NCBI GenBank assembly: GCA_964015875.1
Contig: CAXHEV010000003.1
Location: 22,947 to 86,946, forward strand
Direction of reading: 5' to 3'
Length of the DNA: 64,000 nucleotides
From: an uncultured Candidatus Poseidoniales archaeon
GTDB lineage: Archaea > Thermoplasmatota > Poseidoniia > Poseidoniales > Poseidoniaceae
Part shown: piece by piece, positions 29,105 to 37,709 of the stretch
How the letters are laid out: each line of letters opens with the position of its first letter
Position numbering within the stretch: position 1 is the stretch's first letter
Notes under the pieces: model-generated
Seen by the model: the letters and a program-made list of their open reading frames with translations, nothing else
What the model was told of the DNA's origin: nothing
Databases searched by the model: none
Program-made: the position numbers and the translations under genes

Positions 29105-29638
29105 ATGAGAATGGGTTTGGAATCTTCTGCAATTGCTACCGCCATACAGGCGGTACGAGCCCTGGTCACTGTGTATGACGGCTATGAGAAAGGTCGATTC
29201 ATGAAATCTGATGAAGCGGTTCGATCTGAAATTCAGCGGCGTTGTGAGATGCTTATTCGCCACGCTGAGAAACTTGAGCAAGATGCTCACCGGCGAAATC
29301 ATCGAAATTCAAGAATGGCCTGCGCTCAAGTCATTGAGAATCTTGAATCATACAACAGAGAAGCGCAATTTTCGACTTCTGCAAACCATATTTCAAAACA
29401 TAAAGGAATTGGTAAACTCAAATCTTCATCTGTTCGTAAATTAGTCGACCACGACAGCAAGAGCTTGCAATCACTGGTCGAGGCCACACGCAAAGCCAAC
29501 GAGGTGGCAGAGTCATTGTCCGACCTGCCTGAACAAGAGGGGTTGGCACTCATATCTCAGTTTGAACAAAAAATCAACAGAGCAAGAAACCATTTCCTTG
29601 AACGAAACATGTTCATTGACGGACTCACAACGAGATGA
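29105..29638 (+). CDS. Hypothetical alpha-helical/coiled-coil protein (177 aa)
   Basis: Track ORF 28967..29638 overlaps the dut 3' end; an internal ATG at 29105 is preferred. Highly charged helical sequence with no recognised domain. Confidence 0.45.
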   Translation: MRMGLESSAIATAIQAVRALVTVYDGYEKGRFMKSDEAVRSEIQRRCEMLIRHAEKLEQDAHRRNHRNSRMACAQVIENLESYNREAQFSTSANHISKHKGIGKLKSSSVRKLVDHDSKSLQSLVEATRKANEVAESLSDLPEQEGLALISQFEQKINRARNHFLERNMFIDGLTTR

Positions 29639-29642
29639 TACC

Positions 29643-30860
29643 ATGAGATTTAGATGGCGAGAACACCCAACAGTCGTAGCGCAATACCTCCTCGATACTA
29701 AAATTCCTGAACAAGCAGAAGTCACCCTCAAACCAAATGAGATCTGCGTAGTTCTCGAAAATGGTAAGGTCGTAGGTTCTGTCTCGCAACAACACATGGA
29801 AGTCAACCCTCAACTTGGTTTGTTCAGTAAATTCATCGGAAAGAAAAATCCAAATCGAGCATTTATGTTCTGTTTTACCGGCCCACACCAAGCAATGGTA
29901 CAGGTTCGTGGACAGTCAGACGCACAGGAAGAGATCAACTGCCTTGTCACCCTCAAGGTCGAAATCACACGTGAATCTGCACCTCGACTCGTCACGTTCC
30001 CTGCAAAGGGGACGCTCATGGTAACAGGTGGCCATATTGCAGAGACGATTCGTTCAGAGGTCCAAGCCGCAGTCATGACATTTGTCAAAGCAATGCCTGC
30101 GCCCCAGATGAAAAGTGTAACAACCCATGAGGACTTGGTTTTCCACCTTAAATCAGCACTGAAGGGAACACTCGATGCCCATGGACTCCACTTCCGAGGG
30201 GCACACATCACTTGGAGCGCAACTGTTGTCGAGCAACAACTTCAGCAACAGCAAGCTTTGGACCGATTAAGACTGGAGAAGCAAGATGTTTCTGAACGCC
30301 AGGAAATCGAAATGGAAGCTATGCTTGAATACGAACAGAAAAAGCATGAAATTCAAGCCAGAATGGCGCTCGTCGGCATCAATGGAACTGAAAAAGCCAA
30401 TCTGGAACTTGAACTACAACGGATTCAAAATGACGCAACGCTTTCCTTCGAGCAGTGGAAGAGTCAGAATCAAATTCGCTTGGCTGAATCACAAACCCAA
30501 CGGGATGAACAGATCAGAGACGCCCAAACTGGCCTTGAAGTATCCAAACTTGAGGCAGAGCAACAGCGCATCCGCCAAAGCGTAGATCGTGAAGCTCACG
30601 AGCACAAAACAAAGACAGCGATGGATATGTTTGAACAAGTTCAAGCTCGAAAGAAAGAGCGAATGCAACTCCAACGAGATCAGGAACAAGATCGCCTCGA
30701 CCAACACAACAAGGCATCACAATCCACAATTTCGGTTCTTGAGAATATTGCAGCATCCTCAGATGATCCACAAGTTCAGATGGAGGCGTTGAGGCAGTTG
30801 GCAGAAATACGCAAAGCTGACGTTCAAGGTCAAAAAGACGCCCATAAAGACGATTCGTGA
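29643..30860 (+). CDS. SPFH/band-7 (flotillin-like) domain protein with long Q/E-rich C-terminal coiled coil
   Basis: N-terminal ~200 aa resembles an SPFH domain (EICVVLENGKVVGSV ... LDAHGLHFRGAHITWSATVVEQ). It is followed by QQLQQQQALDRLRLEKQ... heptad-rich EA/Q repeats as in flotillins. No N-terminal TM helix. Start 4 nt after the preceding stop. Confidence 0.5.
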   Translation: MRFRWREHPTVVAQYLLDTKIPEQAEVTLKPNEICVVLENGKVVGSVSQQHMEVNPQLGLFSKFIGKKNPNRAFMFCFTGPHQAMVQVRGQSDAQEEINCLVTLKVEITRESAPRLVTFPAKGTLMVTGGHIAETIRSEVQAAVMTFVKAMPAPQMKSVTTHEDLVFHLKSALKGTLDAHGLHFRGAHITWSATVVEQQLQQQQALDRLRLEKQDVSERQEIEMEAMLEYEQKKHEIQARMALVGINGTEKANLELELQRIQNDATLSFEQWKSQNQIRLAESQTQRDEQIRDAQTGLEVSKLEAEQQRIRQSVDREAHEHKTKTAMDMFEQVQARKKERMQLQRDQEQDRLDQHNKASQSTISVLENIAASSDDPQVQMEALRQLAEIRKADVQGQKDAHKDDS

Positions 30861-30940
30861 ACAAGTGGCTCAAAACTTGAGCACTCATCGAAAGGATGAA
30901 TCCATCAAAAGTTCATTGAGTCGAACCATCTGGCAAGAGC

Positions 30941-31588
30941 ATGGTCCAACTGAGGCATGTCGAGGTTTCTCACCTCGGGACCACCCCTTACCTTGAAGCC
31001 ATGGAATTGATGAAAACCTTACAAGCCAAGCGAATCAATGATGAAATACCTGACACATTGCTCATCCTAGAACATCCAGAAATTGTTACGGTTGGTCCTA
31101 GAGCCCGCAACGATGGTATAGCCCCGCCTGAGGACTACGCGTCCCAAGCGGTGGATCGCGGAGGTGGACTTACCTGGCATGGACCGGGCCAAATTGTGGC
31201 CTATCCAATTTTCAAATGGAATTACGATGATGAAAAATCGGTTGCATTCATCATCGAAAAAATCGAAGCATGGGTTATTCGAGCGTTGGACAAGGTTGGA
31301 ATCCGTGGCGCACGCGATGAGCGAATGCAAGGCGTATGGGTCAAGGGAAGGAAGATCTGTAGCATTGGCCTTTCTTTTTTGAGATGGACATCGAGGCATG
31401 GCTTCACCATTAACCTCAACACACCAGAAGGCCGAGTTGAGGGGATTGCCGGTTGTGGGCTTGAACAAGCAACAACCACATCACTCTCTGTTCTTGGCTA
31501 TGACGTTTCAAATGAAGCAATGGTTTCTTCACTTCTCACAACAATGGGAGAAAGTCTTCAAAGAAGCCCGATAGAATCTGCTCTATAG
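30941..31588 (+). CDS. lipB: Octanoyl-[acyl-carrier-protein]:protein N-octanoyltransferase (lipoate-protein ligase B)
   Basis: LipB signature LLILEHPEIVTVG ... DRGGGLTWHGPGQIVAYPI ... KICSIGL (catalytic Lys/Cys). Confidence 0.8.
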   Translation: MVQLRHVEVSHLGTTPYLEAMELMKTLQAKRINDEIPDTLLILEHPEIVTVGPRARNDGIAPPEDYASQAVDRGGGLTWHGPGQIVAYPIFKWNYDDEKSVAFIIEKIEAWVIRALDKVGIRGARDERMQGVWVKGRKICSIGLSFLRWTSRHGFTINLNTPEGRVEGIAGCGLEQATTTSLSVLGYDVSNEAMVSSLLTTMGESLQRSPIESAL

Positions 31589-31659
31589 AGGAATTGAATA
31601 TGCCCATGTGGCTTCATTTGGAAACAAGTGCCTAAAAGGCAGAACCCTGCCATGCAAAC

Positions 31660-32232
31660 ATGGGCGAAATCGTTGTTGGTATATCTGGAGCCTCCGGCGC
31701 CATCTATGGCAAACGCCTCGTTGAGATTCTTACCTCGAGGGACATCCCTGTCCGACTCGTGGTCACAAAAGCTGGGGAAATCACACTCAAGCACGAGTGT
31801 GACACGACCAAAGAAGCGTTGGCTGAAGCGACTGGTGCCCTGCTTGAAGACGACAAAAATATTGGAGCAAAATCAGCGTCTGGCTCTGCGAACATCGACG
31901 CTGTGGTCCTCTGTCCTTGCTCGGGGACTACCCTCGGCAAACTTGGCGCTGGCATCGGTGACAACCTCATAACAAGGTCTGCCATCGTCGCTTTGAAAGA
32001 ACGCAGAAAACTCATTTTGGTCCCTCGCGAGGCACCATACGCAACCATCCATTTGGAAAACATGCACAAATTGTCGCAATGGGGTGCGATTGTAATCCCT
32101 GCTTCACCTGGTTTCTACAACCATCCAAAATCCATTGATGACATGGTCGATTTTGTTCTCGCTCGAATCCTTGATCATATCGGACTTGACCACAACGTTG
32201 GGACCCGTTGGACGGGTGAAGAAATCCCCTGA
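31660..32232 (+). CDS. ubiX: Flavin prenyltransferase UbiX/Pad1 family
   Basis: Full-length conservation with UbiX (IVVGISGASGAIYGKRLVEILT ... LVVTKAG ... CPCSGTTLGKLGAGIGDNLITRSA). Confidence 0.85.
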   Translation: MGEIVVGISGASGAIYGKRLVEILTSRDIPVRLVVTKAGEITLKHECDTTKEALAEATGALLEDDKNIGAKSASGSANIDAVVLCPCSGTTLGKLGAGIGDNLITRSAIVALKERRKLILVPREAPYATIHLENMHKLSQWGAIVIPASPGFYNHPKSIDDMVDFVLARILDHIGLDHNVGTRWTGEEIP

Positions 32233-32278
32233 ACAAAGAACCGCCGAGTTCTTCAATGAGCGCCAGTATGCCTCAAGC

Positions 32279-34072
32279 ATGGACGAGGCGAGTCTGTCTA
32301 CCAAAACTGTCGCTGACCTGAAGGCCATGCTTTCAGAACAGGGCCTTGCAGTAAGTGGAAGAAAATCTGAACTCATCCATCGTCTCCTTGCAAACGAAAA
32401 GGAGAATCCTTTGGATGCTGTCATCATAAGTCCAGTACAATCCACGATGGCTCTTGAAGACGATCCAATAGAATACGAGCCACGATTGAACTTCAAAGCG
32501 AGGATGCAACAACAGGTCTACGGCCCGATTAACATGGGCGCTGCGATTGCGATTGGCTTGGCCGTTCTCATGGTATCTGCTGTACTCGTGGTCCAACCTG
32601 CATGGCTTGGATTCGGTGAAGATTACGAGTACGAGTTGATTGAATTTGATGCCGCTCAGACCCAAAGATTTGCTCAGAACCTCGTTGATTTGGGCCATCC
32701 TGAGTGGGAAGGGAGAATGAGCGGCACCCAGGAAGAAGCGAATGCTGCGCAATACATTATCTCTGAATTTGCCGCCATGGGTATGCAAACCCAACTCAAT
32801 AGTTACGAGGTCCCAATGCACACTGTCAACAGCGAACCAAGCCTCAGGCTGTGTGTTCAAGGTAACATCGGAGGACTCATCCAATCGCCATGCGAGGGCC
32901 CCGGCTCGGGCGGTTCTGATGTTACAGAATTCCAACACCGAGTGGATTACGTGATCCAAGGTTTCTCCGGTCAGTCAGAATACACCTTCCAGGAAAATGT
33001 CCAACTTACTGACTTGGGCAATGGCAGTGACGATGGATTGTGGAATTCCGCCTCAGGAACCATCGGCTATCTGAGGAGCGATGGTTCAAAAATCAGCAAC
33101 ACAGTGATCTTCTCAAAAGCAGCGGAAAACAATCTTGCAGGACTTATTCGAGTCAATAAAGATCACAATTGTGGTTTGATTGAGGGCAATGACTGCGTAC
33201 CGATATTCAAAGGAAGTTCGATTGACGACGTCACCGCTGCAAACGGTGGAACAATTCCGACTGACTTGCCTTTCATCGCTATGTCGAAAGACGCCGGCGA
33301 AATCCTAGAGGCTGCAGTGTTCAACGCCACGGGGACTCAAGGTGTTCTTGAGATGATCATCGATGTGACCAACGATCAAGAACAGACCATCTACGTCCCA
33401 TGTGGCATCATCAACGGTCAATCCGAGGAGGTGGTCATTATCGGCGCACACCACGACACGGTCTATCAAGGACAAGGAGCTGTTGACGATTCCTCGGGTA
33501 CGGCAAGCGTCATGGAAATAGGCCGACAACTAAGTGAAGTTGTGAATCAATCTGGAACTCCAGAGCGTACCATTCATTTTTGCACATGGGGTGGAGAAGA
33601 GGAAGGTCTCTACGGTAGCAGAGCCTATGTTGCAGCGAATCAAAACTTTTTGAGAGATAACCTTCGACTGTACATCAACCTCGATATGAACCACGTCGAT
33701 GCTGATGCAAATCGAGGAAACTCTGTTTCGTTATTCACCAATAACCGCGATGATTACGGACATATAGAGCGAATCAAAGAACTGTATGAATCAGCCTACC
33801 CCGATATGGCAGAGCGCTATGACATCCGAATGTCCCTGCTTGATGGAGATCGAGGCGACGCCGATGGCATGCCGTACAACTCCGACCATGGACCCTTTGT
33901 TTACGACCTTGGTGACAAGACCGGTCGTGCAGCAGCCTGCTACGGAAGCGGTAGTTGGGAGTACCACACCTACCTTGACACCATGGATCGCTTCAACTCT
34001 GAATCACTTGAGGTCTCAGTGATTATTTACGGGACCTATGTTCGCATGCTTGCCTACAACGCCAATGCTTGA
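32279..34072 (+). CDS. Membrane-anchored M28-family metallopeptidase with N-terminal SAP-like motif
   Basis: Internal ATG at 32279 preferred; the track start 32135 overlaps ubiX. N-terminal LSTKTVADLKAMLSEQGLAVSGRKSELIHRLL is a SAP/HeH-type bihelical motif. One TM helix (INMGAAIAIGLAVLMVSAVLVV). C-terminal M28 Zn-aminopeptidase core (GAHHDTVYQGQGAVDDSSG ... CTWGGEEEGLYGS ... DHGPF). Confidence 0.7.
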   Translation: MDEASLSTKTVADLKAMLSEQGLAVSGRKSELIHRLLANEKENPLDAVIISPVQSTMALEDDPIEYEPRLNFKARMQQQVYGPINMGAAIAIGLAVLMVSAVLVVQPAWLGFGEDYEYELIEFDAAQTQRFAQNLVDLGHPEWEGRMSGTQEEANAAQYIISEFAAMGMQTQLNSYEVPMHTVNSEPSLRLCVQGNIGGLIQSPCEGPGSGGSDVTEFQHRVDYVIQGFSGQSEYTFQENVQLTDLGNGSDDGLWNSASGTIGYLRSDGSKISNTVIFSKAAENNLAGLIRVNKDHNCGLIEGNDCVPIFKGSSIDDVTAANGGTIPTDLPFIAMSKDAGEILEAAVFNATGTQGVLEMIIDVTNDQEQTIYVPCGIINGQSEEVVIIGAHHDTVYQGQGAVDDSSGTASVMEIGRQLSEVVNQSGTPERTIHFCTWGGEEEGLYGSRAYVAANQNFLRDNLRLYINLDMNHVDADANRGNSVSLFTNNRDDYGHIERIKELYESAYPDMAERYDIRMSLLDGDRGDADGMPYNSDHGPFVYDLGDKTGRAAACYGSGSWEYHTYLDTMDRFNSESLEVSVIIYGTYVRMLAYNANA

Positions 34073-34101
34073 ACAGAAGATAGGAGCGACGGCTTGAAAG
34101 C

Positions 34102-34413
34102 ATGCAGTCCAGCCCACGAGGCATGGTCGCACCAAGCGCATGGGCATCACACATCCTTGTTCCTTCGAAATCGGAAGCGATTCAATTGCGTCAGAAAATT
34201 TCGAAGTTGAAGGATTTTCAGAAAATGGCGAGAAAGAAAAGCACCTGTCCATCGAGCCAAAAAGGTGGTGACCTTGGTTGGTTTCGTAAGGGGCAAATGG
34301 TTCGCCCCTTCGAGGAAGTGGTGTGGAACAACGAGCTTGCCACCGTTTCTGACCCAGTCAAAACTCAATTTGGATACCATCTGATTTGGGTCCATGAACG
34401 AGATGAAGCATGA
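34102..34413 (+). CDS. Parvulin-type peptidyl-prolyl cis-trans isomerase (PpiC-like)
   Basis: ASHILV ... GGDLGWFRKGQMVRPFEEVVW ... FGYHLIWV matches the parvulin fold signature. 103 aa. Confidence 0.7.
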   Translation: MQSSPRGMVAPSAWASHILVPSKSEAIQLRQKISKLKDFQKMARKKSTCPSSQKGGDLGWFRKGQMVRPFEEVVWNNELATVSDPVKTQFGYHLIWVHERDEA

Positions 34414-34784
34414 GGGATTTCATGACTGTTCGAGTTGGTTTGGAACGCTATACTGTGATGGCCAAACATGGCTACTATGAGTTTGAGCATGAAGAAAATC
34501 AACCCTTTGTGTTCACGGTGTGGGTCAGCCTTCTCAATGACGAGGTCGCAAATCAATTGGCGAGCACGGTCAATTACGCCGACATCCAAGTCGCCATCGA
34601 TGAGGTCATGCACAACAGTCCCGAACCTATCGCACTGCTGGAACAAATGGCAAGCCAAATCATTCAACGATTGAATGTAAACAAACTTGTGGCTACGATT
34701 CATGTTCGAATTGAAAAGCCAAATGCACCCTTGCCGCATCCAGGTGGTTTGCCAGTAATCGAGGTCGATTGGGCTCGCAACTAA
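34410..34784 (+). CDS. folB: Dihydroneopterin aldolase (FolB-like)
   Basis: ~120 aa with the FolB/T-fold pattern (RVGLERYTVMAKHGYYEFEHEENQPFVFTVWV). 4-nt overlap with the parvulin gene. Confidence 0.6.
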   Translation: MRDFMTVRVGLERYTVMAKHGYYEFEHEENQPFVFTVWVSLLNDEVANQLASTVNYADIQVAIDEVMHNSPEPIALLEQMASQIIQRLNVNKLVATIHVRIEKPNAPLPHPGGLPVIEVDWARN

Positions 34785-34820
34785 CCGAGCCTTCAAACAC
34801 CGGCTAAGCAAACCACCATC

Positions 34821-35333
34821 ATGGCGGAGCAAATCCAACGGGTGTTTGTGCCATCTGCGGTTGAAGAGGGGGGCAATGCACTCTCACTGGGCTGCTTTAG
34901 TTCTGAGGAGACGGCATGGGGCGTTCTCCGGAGTTTCCTCAAGAAAAGCGATCAGATGCTTCTGGAATCAGCCAGTGTCGTCGTTTGGGACATTGATGTG
35001 ATTGGTGAGCATGGACTCACTGTGCTCGCTACACTTGAATGCAAAACCTGTCCTGTATGCAGTCGCAAGACATTTTGGGTGGACCTTGAGAACTTCTCTG
35101 CTCTTTGCCATGGAGAAGCATGTGCAGCTTGGGTTGAAGAAAGCACTCACGAGCCGGGAGTGATTGACTGTGGATGGCCGGCGATGAGATTCTTGAAACA
35201 AACCAAATCGATCGAAGAAGCGTTTACTGAATTGTTTGCAATTGGAGATCGAGTGAAAGCCGCTGGTATTACCGGAACGGGTGATGTGGATGCCTCAATA
35301 GCCATGCTTAGCGAGTTTGAAGACTCTACCTAA
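34821..35333 (+). CDS. Hypothetical Cys-rich protein (170 aa)
   Basis: Contains CKTCPVC ... CHGEAC, i.e. CxxCxxC ... CxxxxC. No family recognised. Sits immediately downstream of folB. Confidence 0.5.
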   Translation: MAEQIQRVFVPSAVEEGGNALSLGCFSSEETAWGVLRSFLKKSDQMLLESASVVVWDIDVIGEHGLTVLATLECKTCPVCSRKTFWVDLENFSALCHGEACAAWVEESTHEPGVIDCGWPAMRFLKQTKSIEEAFTELFAIGDRVKAAGITGTGDVDASIAMLSEFEDST

Positions 35334-35598
35334 GCAACAACGGTCCTATGAAGCTAAAGGCAAAGATGCCAAGGAACACAAACATCCAAATTCTCATTTG
35401 ACGTTGATTTTTCTCATCCCTTGCGTTTTTGTCAATGCAGGCTTGGTCTGAACAAACTCGTGGGTCAACTGACAATTTAATCGGTTTGAAGCAAACCCTG
35501 CAGTGCTTGTGAGGCTGAATCTTTCCGGAGGCAGAAGACACGACTTTGTTCGTCATTCTCTGCAGATTGCTTTTCACTTTACTTGCATCAACCATCAT
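35326..35598 (-). CDS. Small zinc-ribbon protein with C-terminal TM helix (90 aa), hypothetical
   Basis: CRVC ... C ... C pattern followed by hydrophobic WMFVFLGIFAFSFIGPLLL. Low-confidence gene call. Confidence 0.35.
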   Translation of the reverse strand: MMVDASKVKSNLQRMTNKVVSSASGKIQPHKHCRVCFKPIKLSVDPRVCSDQACIDKNARDEKNQRQMRIWMFVFLGIFAFSFIGPLLLR

Positions 35599-35605
35599 TC
35601 ATCAC

Positions 35606-36313
35606 CTAAGGTAAAATCAGAGTTCCATCAAACGGTTTCCCGTCGAGAGCGTGTTCGAGCAGGGACAGGTCTCGACCGTCAAGAACGGCAAGACGTAGAT
35701 CTGCGGATTTCGCCCAACCTACCGCAACAGGGTCAATGACGGCAGAAGCACCCGGAGCCAATGGTGCACCAATCCCTGTAATTTCAGCCAATTCATCAAT
35801 TGACATTGTGGAAAAGGAAACGGCATCTTCGTTGTGTCTTGGATCCATATCGAAGACATGGCTGACATTGGTTGCAATGATACAATGACTAGCACCCGTG
35901 TCACGAGCGAGAGCCACTGCGACCGCGTCTGTGGTGTGGCCTGGCGTCGTACCGCCCATGATAACGATGTGATGGACATCCATAAGTGACGCTGCGTCAC
36001 TGGTTGTGGTTGGAATAATTGGAGCAACATCGCATCCAATGTCAAGAAGGATTTGTTGGATGACTGTCGCATTGAGACGGGTTGCTGCGATGCCAACTTC
36101 ATCCAAACGATGGGTGTCACTGACAAGGGCCCGAGCCAAAGTGATGCCTTCGCGTGCTGGTAGACCTCCACCGACAACCAACGCAAGCCGACGACCATTT
36201 CCCTCCATGTGGACCGCAAGTTGTCGCAAGCGACCAAACCACTCCGTTCGTTGCTCTGCTTCTTCAGGGCGCAGAAGGCTTCCTCCCAAAGCAACAACGT
36301 GACGAGTGGTCAT
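35606..36313 (-). CDS. pyrH: Uridylate (UMP) kinase, archaeal type (amino-acid kinase fold)
   Basis: VVALGGSLL ... LVVGGG ... IMGGTTPGHTTDAVAVALAR ... GASAVIDPVA closely parallels archaeal PyrH (MGGTHPGHTTDAVAALLAE, from memory). The alternate-frame ORF 35719..36297 is rejected. Confidence 0.8.
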   Translation of the reverse strand: MTTRHVVALGGSLLRPEEAEQRTEWFGRLRQLAVHMEGNGRRLALVVGGGLPAREGITLARALVSDTHRLDEVGIAATRLNATVIQQILLDIGCDVAPIIPTTTSDAASLMDVHHIVIMGGTTPGHTTDAVAVALARDTGASHCIIATNVSHVFDMDPRHNEDAVSFSTMSIDELAEITGIGAPLAPGASAVIDPVAVGWAKSADLRLAVLDGRDLSLLEHALDGKPFDGTLILP

Positions 36314-36440
36314 CGCTCCTTCGTTGCGCGCACATGCTTTGAGTATATCCCATGAACCAAGTCAGAAACCCCCAACCTTCCCTTGTTCACACAACCCCAT
36401 CACACGAGAGTTGAAGACCCCTCAACCACGCCCTTGGAGC

Positions 36441-36445
36441 GGAGG
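36441..36445 (+). promoter_or_regulatory. Shine-Dalgarno-like GGAGG for aRF1
   Basis: ggaggccaagcgATG, 7-nt spacer. Confidence 0.4.
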
Positions 36446-36452
36446 CCAAGCG

Positions 36453-37700
36453 ATGTCTGACGATGCAACTCTCGCCACGCGCCGCCTCAGATTGAAACTT
36501 GCACTCGAAGACTTGAGAGAAATGAAAGGCTTTGGCACGGAATTGGTCACCTTAATCATCCCACCAGACCGCCATATCTCAGATGCCCGTTCTTTGCTTC
36601 AAAATGAACACGGCCAAGCCGCTAACATCAAGTCAAAAGGAACACGGAAAAATGTCCAAGGGGCTATCGAGTCGGCCATTTCTACGCTTTCACGCTACAA
36701 GAATCCTGGAGAAAATGGATTGGCCATCTTTGTTGGTTCGATCATTATTGGTAACAACAAGAACAGAATGGTTAACGTGGTTGTCGAAGAGCCTCCACAA
36801 CCCCTCATGTCGTTCAGATACCGGTGTGACTCCGTCTTTGAACTGACGCAACTTGAAGATATGTTGGTCGATAAAAAATCCTACGGCTTATTTGTTATTG
36901 ACCGAAGCGAAGCAGCCTTTGGCATTGCTTCTGGAAAGCGAATTCACGTTCAAGAGCACCTTGTCTCCAACATCATGGGCAAGCACCGCCAAGGTGGTCA
37001 ATCAGCCCAGCGTTTCGAGCGACTTATCGAAGAGGCTGCACACAATTTCTTCAAGCGTGCGACAGAACATGCATGCAATTATTGGCTTCCGAACCTCGAT
37101 AATATTCAGGCGATCATCGTTGGTGGACCTGGTGCAACAAAGGATTTCGTGGTCAAAAACGAGTACTTCCACCACGAAGTAGGCAAGAAAATAGCAAAAA
37201 CACACTTTGACGTTGGTTATTCGAACGAGAGTGGTGTTCGCGAGCTTGTCGAAAATGCAGGTGCGTTGATGGGAGAGATCGAGCTTGATGCTGAGCGTCA
37301 AGTGATGAATTCATTCCTTTCCGAGCTCATTAAAGCAGCACCTCGCGCAACCTATGGTGAGGTCATGGTGCGAGATGCGCTCGGGCGTGGTGCGATTGAT
37401 AAATTATTGATTTCAGAAGGCCTGAGAAAGAATACCATCTCGCTTCAATGCGGCTCCTGCAAGCATGAGTGGAGTGCCACTGTGGGTCGAATGGAAGCGT
37501 TGCCGAGTTGCCCAGCGTGCGATGCATCTGGAGACAATGCCAAGGAATTGCAAAGTGTGTCACTGATCGAGGAACTTGGTAAAATGGCCGAGCGAAGTAA
37601 CACTGAAATCATCTATATTTCAGTCGATACCGAAGAAGGTTCTCAACTTCTCAATGGCTTTGGTGGATTAGCTGCTTTGTGCCGATACCCTATGATGTGA
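36453..37700 (+). CDS. prf1: Peptide chain release factor aRF1
   Basis: NIKS motif (ANIKSKGTRKNV) and GGQ motif (GGQSAQRFERL). ATG at 36453 has GGAGG 7 nt upstream; the track's 36306 start adds 49 non-conserved residues. C-terminal domain carries a C4 Zn-ribbon insert (CGSC ... CPAC). Confidence 0.9.
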   Translation: MSDDATLATRRLRLKLALEDLREMKGFGTELVTLIIPPDRHISDARSLLQNEHGQAANIKSKGTRKNVQGAIESAISTLSRYKNPGENGLAIFVGSIIIGNNKNRMVNVVVEEPPQPLMSFRYRCDSVFELTQLEDMLVDKKSYGLFVIDRSEAAFGIASGKRIHVQEHLVSNIMGKHRQGGQSAQRFERLIEEAAHNFFKRATEHACNYWLPNLDNIQAIIVGGPGATKDFVVKNEYFHHEVGKKIAKTHFDVGYSNESGVRELVENAGALMGEIELDAERQVMNSFLSELIKAAPRATYGEVMVRDALGRGAIDKLLISEGLRKNTISLQCGSCKHEWSATVGRMEALPSCPACDASGDNAKELQSVSLIEELGKMAERSNTEIIYISVDTEEGSQLLNGFGGLAALCRYPMM

Positions 37701-37709
37701 GGTAATAGA

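Noticed and set aside
35719-36297. 192-aa ORF on the minus strand
   Set aside because: It is an alternate frame of pyrH. The pyrH frame matches archaeal UMP kinase along its whole length.
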